Below are positions 45,823 to 57,009 of a stretch of DNA of 64,000 nt, piece after piece. Made by a program: the position numbers and the translations under genes. Position 1 is the stretch's first letter. Each line of letters starts with the position of its first letter. Under the pieces are notes generated by a model, which saw nothing but the letters and a program-made list of their open reading frames with translations, did no database searches and was not told the origin of the DNA. The stretch spans positions 2,303-66,302 of the forward strand of contig ADNK01003488.1 of NCBI GenBank assembly GCA_000320545.1, read 5' to 3'. The DNA is from Bigelowiella natans CCMP2755. Taxonomy: Eukaryota; Protista; Cercozoa.

Positions 45823-47134
45823 ATGCGTGGGAGAAGTGAAGGGCAAGGCGCTGGTATGGCGGCTTCGAGAGACGCTACAGATGCCAGAATGCAGCCAGAC
45901 TATGGATCAACAACACAGTTTGATACCTCTAGACCTGCTTCTTGGGAAGAAATGGAAATGGGTAGCATGAGTGCGGCAAGCATAGCTCATGAACATCGCG
46001 CTTCGTTCCTACTCCTTCTCCTTATGCTTGGAATGTTAGCCTTTTCAGTATTAACGGCTGGTAGTACTGCTCATGGAATCCAAAAGCCAATTCAAAAGAA
46101 GGGCAGGGTAGACACCGGAGATGAAAGAACTAAGAACGAGCAGGGAGAGCAGCAGGAACAACCTTTCTCCACTACAAATACAGGCATGAGGCCGAAGGGA
46201 CGTTGGACACATTTTCTACCACTTCCTTCGCCCGGGACTACAATTACTATTCCTCCAGGAATCAACATATCTTCAGGCACAACCTACGAAATCACAAAAC
46301 CACCTGATGAAGGCGGTGAAGAGATTTTGAAATCTTACAGGCAATGGAACTTCCGAGACGGCCTGAACATTTCAATGTGGGAAATGGGTCGTGGGCTTCA
46401 TAGATCGTGTCTCTCTTGCGTACACTCTGAATGCGATATGGCAAATGAATTAGTAAACAAAACTGAAAGTAGTCCTCCTTGTATCTACTTCTGTGAATCT
46501 GAGTATATGGTCAAATCATCCAGAAACGGTTTGGCACTATCCATGGCAATGGGAGCAGATAGCAATGATGATGATACTAATTCATGTGCTCAAAAGGGGG
46601 GGTTGTATATGGCAGGGTCTATTCAATCAAGGTGGGCTTTCCAGGAAGGCCAGGTCTCAATAGAAATGAGAATGGAAGATGGGGGGCCGAGAAATGCAGA
46701 AACATGTTTACGAATTCTCGGGTCGAAAGGCCACACAGAAATTAATATGTGCGTTTTGCCAATGTGGGGCTACGACCAAGCCACGTTATATACCCGGGAG
46801 AAGACGGGACGCAAAACTCTCAAATTTGTGCCTCTGAATTTTAAAGCATCTAAAGCTTTCCACACTTACTCGATAAAACTGGCTGAGGATTCAGTGCAGT
46901 GGATGGTAGACGGAAATGCATTACATTCCGAAAATATCGTGAGTGTACAGAATGCGATGCGTGTGAAAATTTCTTACCAGCCCGATGCTATTCATCCCAG
47001 GTACTCCTAAAATCTAAAACATTGGTATTGATCTTTAACTACGAATAGTCTAATACTAAAATTGTGATATATCCAGTTCAAAAAATTATGGAGAAGGGAT
47101 GCTGGAAATTATGAAGATATCATATCAAGAATAG
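45823..47134 (+). CDS. GH16 (licheninase-like)/ConA-fold protein with N-terminal membrane anchor, 2 exons
   Basis: Hydrophobic segment at aa ~62-80. YMAGSIQSRWAFQEGQVSIEM, EINMC and LNFKASKAFHTYSIKLAEDSVQWMVDG match the GH16 pattern. Last exon ends SYQE* at 47134. Confidence 0.75.
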
Positions 47135-47439
47135 AAATAATGATTATTATTATGAATAAAGACTTGTCTGTAGCAGGAAAAATCATCATGGACATGCAGT
47201 TCATAAATCTTTTTGAACTTCAGACTAGTTTTTGCTAAGCTATCGAACTTTTATTTAAATACGGCTGTGCACTTATTGCGAGAAATATAGGGTGTAAAGC
47301 TGATCCTAGCATTATGAATTTATTTTTAACATGGAGTTATTGGTGAACCTGCAGTGCTAGAGTGCGGTGTCGAACATGTAACTAAAAGCTACATTTTCCC
47401 ACCTTGTTTCTCCGTCGCAATGACATTAATAGACATATA

Positions 47440-47950
47440 TAGATATCTAGATGTACATGGTTGCGGCTAAAAATGTGCATTCAATCAACGATGCGACATG
47501 TGGGCATCACATGTAGCATGGCATGCACGATAGTCCTACGCACGCACCGCGCGTACTAGCGTGCAACAATGCGGCATATTAGCATGATTGAATTTGCTGC
47601 ATGTAAAGCATGTATCGTAGGCATGCAATGTGTGCGAAGAGAATGACGCGTTGGATGGTTAGCCTAGATGGAGCCTGTCACGCATGATGGCTGTTACAAC
47701 ACGCTACGCAAGTACGTTCGAGATCTTAACTCATTTTCGTATACGAACCATTTAAATTTTGGTGCGGTTATTATTACAGGTTTGCTTTGGGTTATTACTA
47801 AACTAGTCTGTAATGACTAGTGACTGAAACATATAACAAAATGGGTCAGCCTGCTATATGCATGCTATTTGCCTACCTGTGCACGCGCACAGCTTCGATC
47901 TTGCCATGCGAAACCAAAACCTCAGCCTTTCTCGAAACCAAAGAAGAGGA
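47440..47950. other. Weak CATG/TGCA-rich island E between convergent genes
   Basis: Same composition trend as the other islands, but many TA remain. Confidence 0.4.
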
Positions 47951-48002
47951 TTTCTTTGATCGATGTTTTTATGTTACATCACATTTTCATTGAAATTCAT
48001 TA

Positions 48003-49880
48003 TTAGTGCTGAGGCCACCATCTTCCTGGACCCTCAGCCGGATCCTTGATAACACCATCGGTTTTTGTACCTCGATGAGGCTCCTAAAGCATTACAAGTT
48101 ATTATAATGAAGGGCATACAAATTGCTATTCTCCTACCTGAAGATCCATAGGAAGAACAGTAACAGTCGCAGCGTGGCGTTGAATCGCGGATGAGTAGAG
48201 TGGTCTCCCATTTCCTGTGTTTTATTCATTCACACAATTTCAACACCATATTCTTCTTCTTCGTTTTATATTGAGAAGAAGACTTGAAAACAATCAATGT
48301 GAGTCCTAGTACGTTTAAAGTTCTCCTTGATTGCTTGACGGATTGGAATTGTTACTTTATGTCTTGTGAAAGATGATCCTGGCTGAAATAGAACATAGGA
48401 GTTCGCTTCTGCAAATATATCATGTTAACCTCCTCCATTTACATGCATTTGAACAATTATGAAATGCACCTGTGCCGAACGCAAATCGGGGATGGCTGTA
48501 TAGAGAAATATGTCAAGATAATCATGTAATCATACGAGAAAAGAGTTTTACTTCGATGGATAACACGCAGCGAAAGTCGTCACAAAGAAGTACCTGTTAA
48601 ATAGTATCGCGTTTGTGATAATCATCCTCATTTTCAACGAACGAAAGAACAAAGAAAATATGTAAAAATATCAAACTACTTGTCATCCCATCGAAATCTC
48701 CAAGTATGGCCCTCAAGTGGTTGCTTCATCACATTTAAATCTTTGTAAATAAAAAATCAACGATATTTCAATTTAAGTTTTCACAGGCGTTAGCATCTGA
48801 TGATCATCATCACCAACCTGTTGGATCCATTTTGCCCAATGCCACAAGTAGCTGATATGATGTTAGTAACTTAATTGTAGTAGCGGTCAGTTTAAACACT
48901 AAATAACGACGACCACTGAGATCAACCCGATGCTGTTTTACCTACCTCATAAACAGCTTTTCCATGGCTTTTCCATTCATTTCCCGTATTTCTAATATAA
49001 GTAAAACTCTTACGGGAGTATCCATAAAGACGAGCATAATGATTTACTCTATTTCAAACAGGAAACCGTCAACGTCGGATGCATTTGCAAAGTCAAAGAA
49101 TGCACGAGTGCTGGCTTTCACATCCTATTAACAAAGTGGTTAAAATTGCATTTATATTCGATAAGATGGAGACACAGTTTCTGGTCATCCCCACCTGTTG
49201 CATACTTCCCATTCTACAAGTTTTTCCACCCCTTTCCTCGAGTATTAGTACACCATTGAATCAGGGCATTACAAAGTTGAAAATCATTACCAGATTTTAG
49301 CGCTGGCCGCATAGAAGCAATGGGTGTTTCTCTTTATATTCTCAAACCGTTTTAAGCATGCTGAATGTGCTACATATTTTAAGAAAAGTGGACATCATTA
49401 TACGCTAAACTCTTCCGTAAACTTATAAATCAATTGCTACCTGGATTGTATTTTCGGCATTTTTGAATTTCATTCAGTATTTTTGTGTCCCGTTGGACGA
49501 CAGTATTTATTTTTTCTACTTCCTCATTTTTAAATAGCTTTTTATTCTTTGAAATAATACTATTACGTAGCAAGCAGCATGGAATTGCCAGAAGTAGTAT
49601 CACTAAAATGTGCAGAACGGTTGTTCCGAGTTTACCAAGCACATTTATTATTCCCCTAAATATGTTATTTAGTTAAATTGTTATGGATGTGAGTGAGCAA
49701 TGCCTAGAAAATACGTTTAAGAATTCCTTGATAATAGAAATAAATACTTCCAAAAGAGAGAAGGCCGTAGTAGTACCAAAAACATGCTAACGCAACAAGC
49801 GACGAAGCCGCTCGAAAAATTCGCTCGCGTCTGTGAAAGCTGGAAACGTGAGAGGATAAAGCTTCGGGCGTCGTCGTCAT
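48003..49880 (-). CDS. YqcI/YcgG-like protein with N-terminal hydrophobic segment, many short introns
   Basis: Spliced exons: FENIKRNTHCFYAASAKIW, DGFLFEI, WRFRW..YFFVTTFAACYPSK.HPRFAFG, YVLFQPGSSFTRH..IRQAIKENFKRNGRPLY, RWWPQH*. The family call is from motif recall. Confidence 0.6.
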
Positions 49881-50440
49881 AAATTCGCCACATCTGCACC
49901 TAAAACTCCAAGCTTCATTTGTGTGCTGACAACAATTGCATGTATTGTGACCAGTAAAGCTTCCCTCCCATTGGATCTATTGCTTGTGGCGTTTCCTATT
50001 TTATCCAAAGCTGCTTACTTAAATACTCAGGCATAAAACATAGATGTCTACTGCTTACCGGATTTCCGAGCCATCCACATGGTCTTCTTGTTTTGTGTGA
50101 GAAGAGGAAATTGTTGAAGTTGCATTTCGTCCAATATCCTTCCATAATGCGAGCAGAACCATTAACTTCAAAATTTTGTCCTAGCATCTAGTCCTTAAAA
50201 CATATATCTATAACTCCTTCTCTTTCTCTTTCTCCTCCTCCTCCTCCCTACCGCTTGGTAATAAACTAATGACTTACTCCACAGTATGTTCGATAGCATC
50301 TAGTTGTGGCCGTGCTCTTATGAAATTTTATCAAGAGATCATCAGAGAGTCGCTAGCGAATATTGCCCTATATTCACAAGGTACGACAACACAACAGGCC
50401 CATCATTGTATACAACGTAATAGATTCACACTGAACGACA

Positions 50441-52086
50441 ATGTCATATCCAAGACGCTTCTTTCACAAGGCCAGTATTTATCCTCCCTATCCTCCCCAA
50501 GCGCCCTCTCCAGCGCGGCTCTCCTGGGTTGCCATGCAGTCACGAGGAGTACAGTGCTGCTGCCTAAATTCACGATTACCAACTTTCATGAAATTTAATC
50601 GCGGCATACGTTTGGTGTCATCTAGATCAACCATGAGATTGAGGCAACGTGTTCAAATTGCCCATCATCCATGTCCGTTTATTTCGAGAAAACGAGGTTT
50701 TTGTGGTAAATCGGCTAAAGAATCTGGGGAGAAGAATGATGTGGAGTCTGAGATTGCAGATGCTAGAGACGAGGACTATGACAGGGCGCGTCAGACTCTA
50801 CAGGAGAGCGTGTTACCAATGTTTGTATCCTCTGCCGAGGTCGTAAATTACGACAAAAGAGAGAGAGAGAGAGAGAGAGCTTGAATGAATCATTGACACA
50901 ATGTTCTTGCTATAGTGGGGTGGATTTTTTAAATTTGGTCAATGTATCTACCAGCAAGATCGAATGATTACTGTATATTAGAAGTTTAAAAGACTGTCCT
51001 TCCGTCACTGAGGGTGGTTCCGTAAATGTCTGTTTCAGGGAATTGAAATGCTGCCTACGACCATCTTCCATGTAGTTTTCGGTTTTGTGCAATATGTGGG
51101 GCTGGCAGGTCATCAAGTTAACATGGAGGAACTTCGAGAAGGTAGCGAATGTTTCCATCTAGAGGATAATGAGTAAGAATTCACACTCCAAGTGTGTGTG
51201 TCTTCTTTGGTGGCTGATAGGATTGGTCCAGGCTCGGCGGTACATCATTGATATGTTCAACGAGGACGATTACGAGGCCATTGAGCGCGTGGTAAGTAGT
51301 GGACTAAGTTTCTTTCACCTATATTGTGAGGCGAGAAGACACAGAACACTGAAATTCACAACCAGGCTGCAACTGAAGTAGCAGATGCTTTTCGGGAGAC
51401 TCGTCGTCTCTGGGAGGAAGGAAAGAAGAGTAGCGGGTATACAATGAGGTAATAATAATGATAAGAAGCACTCCGCTTCTATACCCATTAAATCACATGA
51501 TAACATTCACTTAGTTACTCTGTGGAATCTATCGAAAATGCACTGGTGGTTTCTTCACAAGTTGTAGTAGATGATGATAACTACGAAGAGGTCAGATTTC
51601 TATGAAGACAATCTGAATTTTATTTTGCTAATAATTATGATGAATTTGTGCACAATAATGTAGAGAAGCATGTTTGCATCGTGGTATCGTTGGGCACAGC
51701 TCAATCCTTTTCTGAATTGGATGGTGGAGCCCGCGGAAGTGACAGGCCGATTTGAGATCTACGTATTATACTCGAACCACGAATTGTACGTTCACATTTA
51801 ACCCTAAATTCTTTTGTATCAACACCCAGAAGAGATAAGATAAATCTTGTACAAACATACATCAGATATCAGATCAGAAATAAGGATGGGGAACTTATTG
51901 ATGTAGGCCAGTCTAAAGCGCACCCTGTTCAGGTTTCTTAAGAGATAGTCAGTACCTTTTCAGTTTAATTATTTAAGTTTAATTTAGCGGTTATGGAGAT
52001 TCTCTAAAGACTTTGATTCAAGTGAAAGTGCGGACAGCAATGCTGATCGACCCTGGATTCTTTCTGCACTAGTTGGTCCCATGTGA
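50441..52086 (+). CDS. Mitochondrial Tim44/MAIP1-like domain protein, multi-exon
   Basis: Arg/Ser-rich presequence; MEELREGLVQARRYIIDMFNEDDYEAIERV; YQIRNKDGELI; LWRFSK..PWILSAL. Exons join in frame. Confidence 0.55.
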
Positions 52087-52479
52087 AAAAAAGTACCCAC
52101 TTGATGGTTCCACGCCGAAAATGAGATGCCACGTGGGCGGCATGAGTTGTGCAATCAGGGCTACCTGTAACATAGATTACTTGTACTGCAACCGTTTGCC
52201 AAGTTACATGCAACGTTCCATTTTGAAATTGATTCCTTTCAAGTAGCAGTTGCTCGCAGACATCTCTCCAACACGCAGCTGCTTGTTCACTAGTTTAGGG
52301 GTTGTTAATCAATTCAGCTAGAATTGAATATTCCGTTGTGTGGGAGTCTCTGTTGACGGGGATTAGCTGTCTGTAGAGGAGGCAACCAATACTTGCACAT
52401 TGCAACACATTGCATGCAATGGGCAATCACATGTAAACACAATTCACCACAGCGAACCCATGAAGTAAAAGTGAACACA

Positions 52480-53100
52480 GTCCAGTGCTCCAGAGCGCGT
52501 ATTTTTGCGTCTGCTGATCGAAGATCCACTGCCTGCTATCCTTGCGAATTTTCCCCGAAAACATGTTGCCCTAGCTTGAACAAATTGTTGATTTTTTGAT
52601 GAGCAAATGAAGCACTGCTGCATGACGAATGAGCCGAAACGTTTTCAAGTCAACGCATCGCGGCGCAAGTCTGATGAAAGCACAATGCAGGTGATCTAGT
52701 GATCTCTAGCTTCACATTCTGGCATTGCATGCATGCATGCAGCATTTCAGTGCATGCCAGCATGCGGTGCGTGCGCACATCTCACATGTTTTAGTGCGTG
52801 CTGCAAACATTGTACACACATTGCAGCATGCAACACGCAGCACGCATTGCACATGTCATGCACAACACTGTGTCTATGTGTCCATTGTTGGGCTTGACAT
52901 CACGCCCATATCTAGATATAGCTAGCATCGCATATAGCTTCAGATACACCGATGACAGACATGTGCGCCGTAGCATTGGCGCAGCGAGATGGATGCGATG
53001 GATTGCTCGATCGTGCACAATTGTGTGCCTGGTGATGAGCGCATTGCTAGGTCATGCTGAAAAGGAACAAGAAAGCCACAAAGCCATTATGGTCTGGATG
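52480..53100. repeat. TpA-depleted island F (core 52540-52790)
   Basis: The core has TA only in CTAG, with tgcatgcatgc runs. Lies between convergent genes. Confidence 0.6.
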
Positions 53101-53239
53101 CGATGCAAGTTTTACCAAAATGTATGCATTTTTTGGTGGAATTGTAATAATAGTCTGTACAAACTAACCTTTTCTCATGTGCATGCTACGTGCAATCATG
53201 CTCTGTTTTGGTTGTATCAAAATTTCAAATATATGTATG

Positions 53240-53278
<39 letters not shown>

Positions 53279-53417
53279 GTGTCCATTAACATCTAGTATG
53301 GACACATTGGAGTTCCTGTATGCACCACACGAACTCTCTTTTTTTGTAGATGCTATTGAGCGCCCGAGGAAGGATGCACCGGGGACAAAATAAATTGTCT
53401 CACAGATTCCAGTCTAA

Positions 53418-54173
53418 CTAAATCGGAATTGCATCCAAAATAACATTCTTTATTTGATTAGCTTTGTGCATGTCATTAATTACTTGGACACGCAAATCTT
53501 CCTCCGTCTCACATAAACCAGGAATATAATCACGGATTTTACCAAGAATCTCAAGGCTAACCAATCCAAGCGGCACAATTTTGTATGGCTTCCCGTCTTC
53601 GCGCATTAGTTCCATCTCCATAGACCCTCTCTGATTTGATATCTCAGATCTTCGCATAAATGCAACAGAAAGTCTGGGTTGTCCACAGATTCTTACGAGG
53701 TACACCCCAGGTTTTAGAGCCTTTTCAAAATCTCCAGAGCTAACTATTTTACCGAACATAGTTGCGAACCCAATAGATGCCATTGCACCCGTAGGAGAAC
53801 TAGGAGAGAGTTCTATTGTTGTTTTTTCGACCTCTCGTAGTTTCATCTCTTTTAGGTTATTTTCCCAACCATCTCCAACGGTCTTCTGATCAATCGTGTG
53901 TTTGATTTCTTCTCTTTGCTGTGGTCTTCCAAAGCGGCGACTATTAATGACGCTCAAAGTGGAAAATCCCTTGCACCTATCTTCAGTTTTGAGCCCATTG
54001 TTTTGACCTTTATCTGCGACAATAGTGAAGAATGTGGCCCTTGAATGAGCTCGAATACTTCGGAACATAGAAAACCGAGATGACAGAAATGGTCTTGAAG
54101 GATTCTCTTTCGAAATTGTTCTTAGAATTCTAAAGTTCCTTGGTGTCTTTACAAAACCAGTTAAATTCTTCAT
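53418..54173 (-). CDS. Divergent riboflavin kinase-like protein with organellar presequence, intronless
   Basis: ASIGFATMF (cf. LGFPTAN), PGVYLVRI, MEMEL, and LEILGKIRD..EEDLRVQVINDMHKA match the flavokinase fold spacing. First ATG at 54173. Confidence 0.6.
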   Translation of the reverse strand: MKNLTGFVKTPRNFRILRTISKENPSRPFLSSRFSMFRSIRAHSRATFFTIVADKGQNNGLKTEDRCKGFSTLSVINSRRFGRPQQREEIKHTIDQKTVGDGWENNLKEMKLREVEKTTIELSPSSPTGAMASIGFATMFGKIVSSGDFEKALKPGVYLVRICGQPRLSVAFMRRSEISNQRGSMEMELMREDGKPYKIVPLGLVSLEILGKIRDYIPGLCETEEDLRVQVINDMHKANQIKNVILDAIPI

Positions 54174-54882
54174 TGCTAGCGTCGTCACCATTATTTCGAT
54201 CCTATTCTTCTATCGAGCTGTTTACCAAAGGGGAAGAGAGGGGGGGAGAGATATGGAGAATTTATAAGAGGTGTGCAGATCGCGAACTTCAGGCAAAAGC
54301 AAGGGGATTTCTGGACGATTTTCAAGGTATTTCATCCAAATGAGAAAAGTCCTCAAGAGAATAAAGAATAAATGTGGGTATTATTTTTACATGTACGTCG
54401 ACGCATGCCCTATCCTACTCTAATTAAAGGGGGGGTATTCGCAATCGTGAAAACACCTTAACCTCACCGAGTTATTAGCGTGACATTTAAAGGCTACGAC
54501 AAAATCGTGTCAGAACTCCGAGCAAGATCGGAAAAGCAGGAACAAGCTCGTGACAAAAGGGGGACAAATAATTGTTGTTGCGATCATTGTTGTACGAGCT
54601 GTTGTCGTCGATGTTGTGTCCTAAGAATGAATGTTGCCGAAGAAAAATGAAATTGCCATCAAAATGAGAATCTAAAAACCCACCCAGGAAATAGAACTAG
54701 AAATTAAGACTCGTGCAAGAACTACTAGACTATTGCATAACAAATGGTTGTCGCAAAATAAAATACAAGAGGGTCGTCAAGGGTGCGACTTCCTCACGAT
54801 GGTATTAAGCCTTAAAGTGTTAAAAAGGAGGAGAATGAGGATGAGGAGAAAGGACAACTGATCCGATCCATCGTTTCATCTC

Positions 54883-55262
54883 ATGCCTTTACTTTCCTCT
54901 TGGACCCTTCAAGCTCTCATTCATGCAAATTGGAAATTTACAATGGTGTACGCCATTGTCACCGCAATTTCTATACTCTACAAAGGTACGGCACAAGATA
55001 ACAGCTCTCCCGTGCTTTGTGGGAGCTCATAATGTATTACAGCCTCAAAGTTTAATCATGGCTTCGGGGTGGAAATAGCTGTCCTAGTGCTCATTTTACT
55101 TTATGAGCCCATAAGGCTCTCCATAGGTACATTATCTTCCTTATTTCTCTTTACACTGCTGAAACCTTTTCACTACTCCTTAGGAATGTCGGCAAATAAG
55201 CGCGATAGCGCACCGTTTTTGGTACACTGACACTTTCAAATTTAGATGTAGACACAATCTAT

Positions 55263-55350
<88 letters not shown>

Positions 55351-55352
55351 GT

Positions 55353-55392
<40 letters not shown>

Positions 55393-55709
55393 TTACACAG
55401 ATAGTATATCTCATGATTATTCAATTCCAAGGCTTCCTTCTACTATGCTTTAACAGGCCTTGTTTTTCGCACTCTGTGGACCATCACTTGCTGTGGGAGT
55501 ATACTTCGTCAGCATGCAATACATCTCGTAAGATATCCATAAAGGTATGATAACCGATTGAGTATATTATTCTGGTATTTTAAATTAGGTTACGCTTGGA
55601 CACGGCAATCAACGTAGTCTTTATAATTTTCGTGGTGGGAGAAGTTCTTCTCACATTGATACAGCTCCTTCGCCTAGTGCAGCTGTTACCTCAGGAGTTA
55701 AAAATATAA
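54883..55709 (+). CDS. TMEM216: TMEM216/TMEM17-family transition-zone membrane protein, 5 exons
   Basis: Spliced: [122 protein letters not shown]...ELKI*. Four TM segments and family motifs. The paralog assignment is approximate. Confidence 0.82.
55266..55391. repeat. Long (AT)n plus (GT)n microsatellite in TMEM216 intron
   Basis: Seen directly. Confidence 0.95.
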
Positions 55710-55939
55710 CCAGAAACTGCTACGTGAGCTTGTTTGGGCTTTGAAGATATCATGTAAGTCATGTTCAATCTACAGAATGCCAAAGCAATAAATCTATAAA
55801 ATTCCCAAATATTAATATGTACTGGAACCAAAGTCTCTAAACTCTTGATTTTCTTTGACTAAGAACTGTGAGATGTAAAATCTTTTGGATGAAGTCGCAA
55901 CTTTAGCGTTTCTTGTTTTTGGGTTGCGAACCCTAATCC

Positions 55940-56900
55940 TACATGCCATGCACAATCATGCGATGCACAGCTAAATGCATTGCATGTGCACAGCACGCAC
56001 TGCTACAGCTCGACATCATTCATCCGTGTTGTGGAACACCACATGTCTACATCAACGTGCATGCATGCATGTGCACGCCCCGCGTGCTAGCGTGCCTTGC
56101 ATCTGCAAATGTGCACAACTCATTGAAAACATGCAAAAAAGCTTGTTTGTTGAACACATTGAACGCAATGTGGCGTTCTAGCGTTGCTTCTAACTGCATG
56201 TGCAGCTGCTTGCGCGCGCATCACAGCAACAACGCACGCACCTAGCTAGCTAGCTAGCGCTAGCAGGCACAATGACGGGCGGACCATGCAACATTGCGTG
56301 CGGCGCATGCATATTGCAAGCACACATCTGAGCACGCAAGATGATGTTGAATTGTTTGTTCACACATTGAACTTGCAACTAGGTTCATTGAGCTCTCCGA
56401 CATGACATGATGTGTCATGGCTTCCCCTGTCCAGACACGATGGTTGTTCATGCATGTCAGTTGTCATGTCCATGAGATTGTCATTGCAGTTCCATATAGC
56501 TGTGCATCCGCCACAACTGACGCACAGGCATGCTAGCATGTGCAAAGACAAGTGACATCGATCAGCTCATTTCGGTTCTCCAGTTCTGAGTTCAGTTGCG
56601 CATGTCTTTTGCATCACGATCATCGTCTACTTGAAGCCCAGGGCATTCTAGCATTGCGGCAAATCTAACACTGCTGCTGTGTATTCTTGTTGTTGCACAT
56701 CTTGCTGCACATGCAGCATCATTGCACCGCGTTGTTGACATCCCACACTAGCACCCGCCTTGTTTCAGTTTGGTGATTGACCATGCTCACAATGCTAGCT
56801 AGCTAGCAAAGTACCTGGCTAGCTAGATCGAAATCATGTGCGTCAAAAATTGCGGCATGATCATCAACGATGATTCGATTGTCATGAACGCATCCATCGA
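55940..56900. repeat. TpA-depleted island G
   Basis: Dominated by CATG, TGCA, CACA and (CTAG)n runs, with few non-CTAG TA. Lies between convergent genes. Confidence 0.75.
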
Positions 56901-57009
56901 ATCTTATTAATCAGCTATAACATGATTCTTTCCTAGCATATTCTGCTCATTGGGAATGGACATAGTCGAAAGAATTGGACATTGATGTGGAAGCTGCTGT
57001 GAGATTTGT

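Noticed and set aside
55921-55941. Telomere-like aaccctaa motifs (also ~6377, ~51800)
   Set aside because: Single copies, not arrays; compatible with chance.
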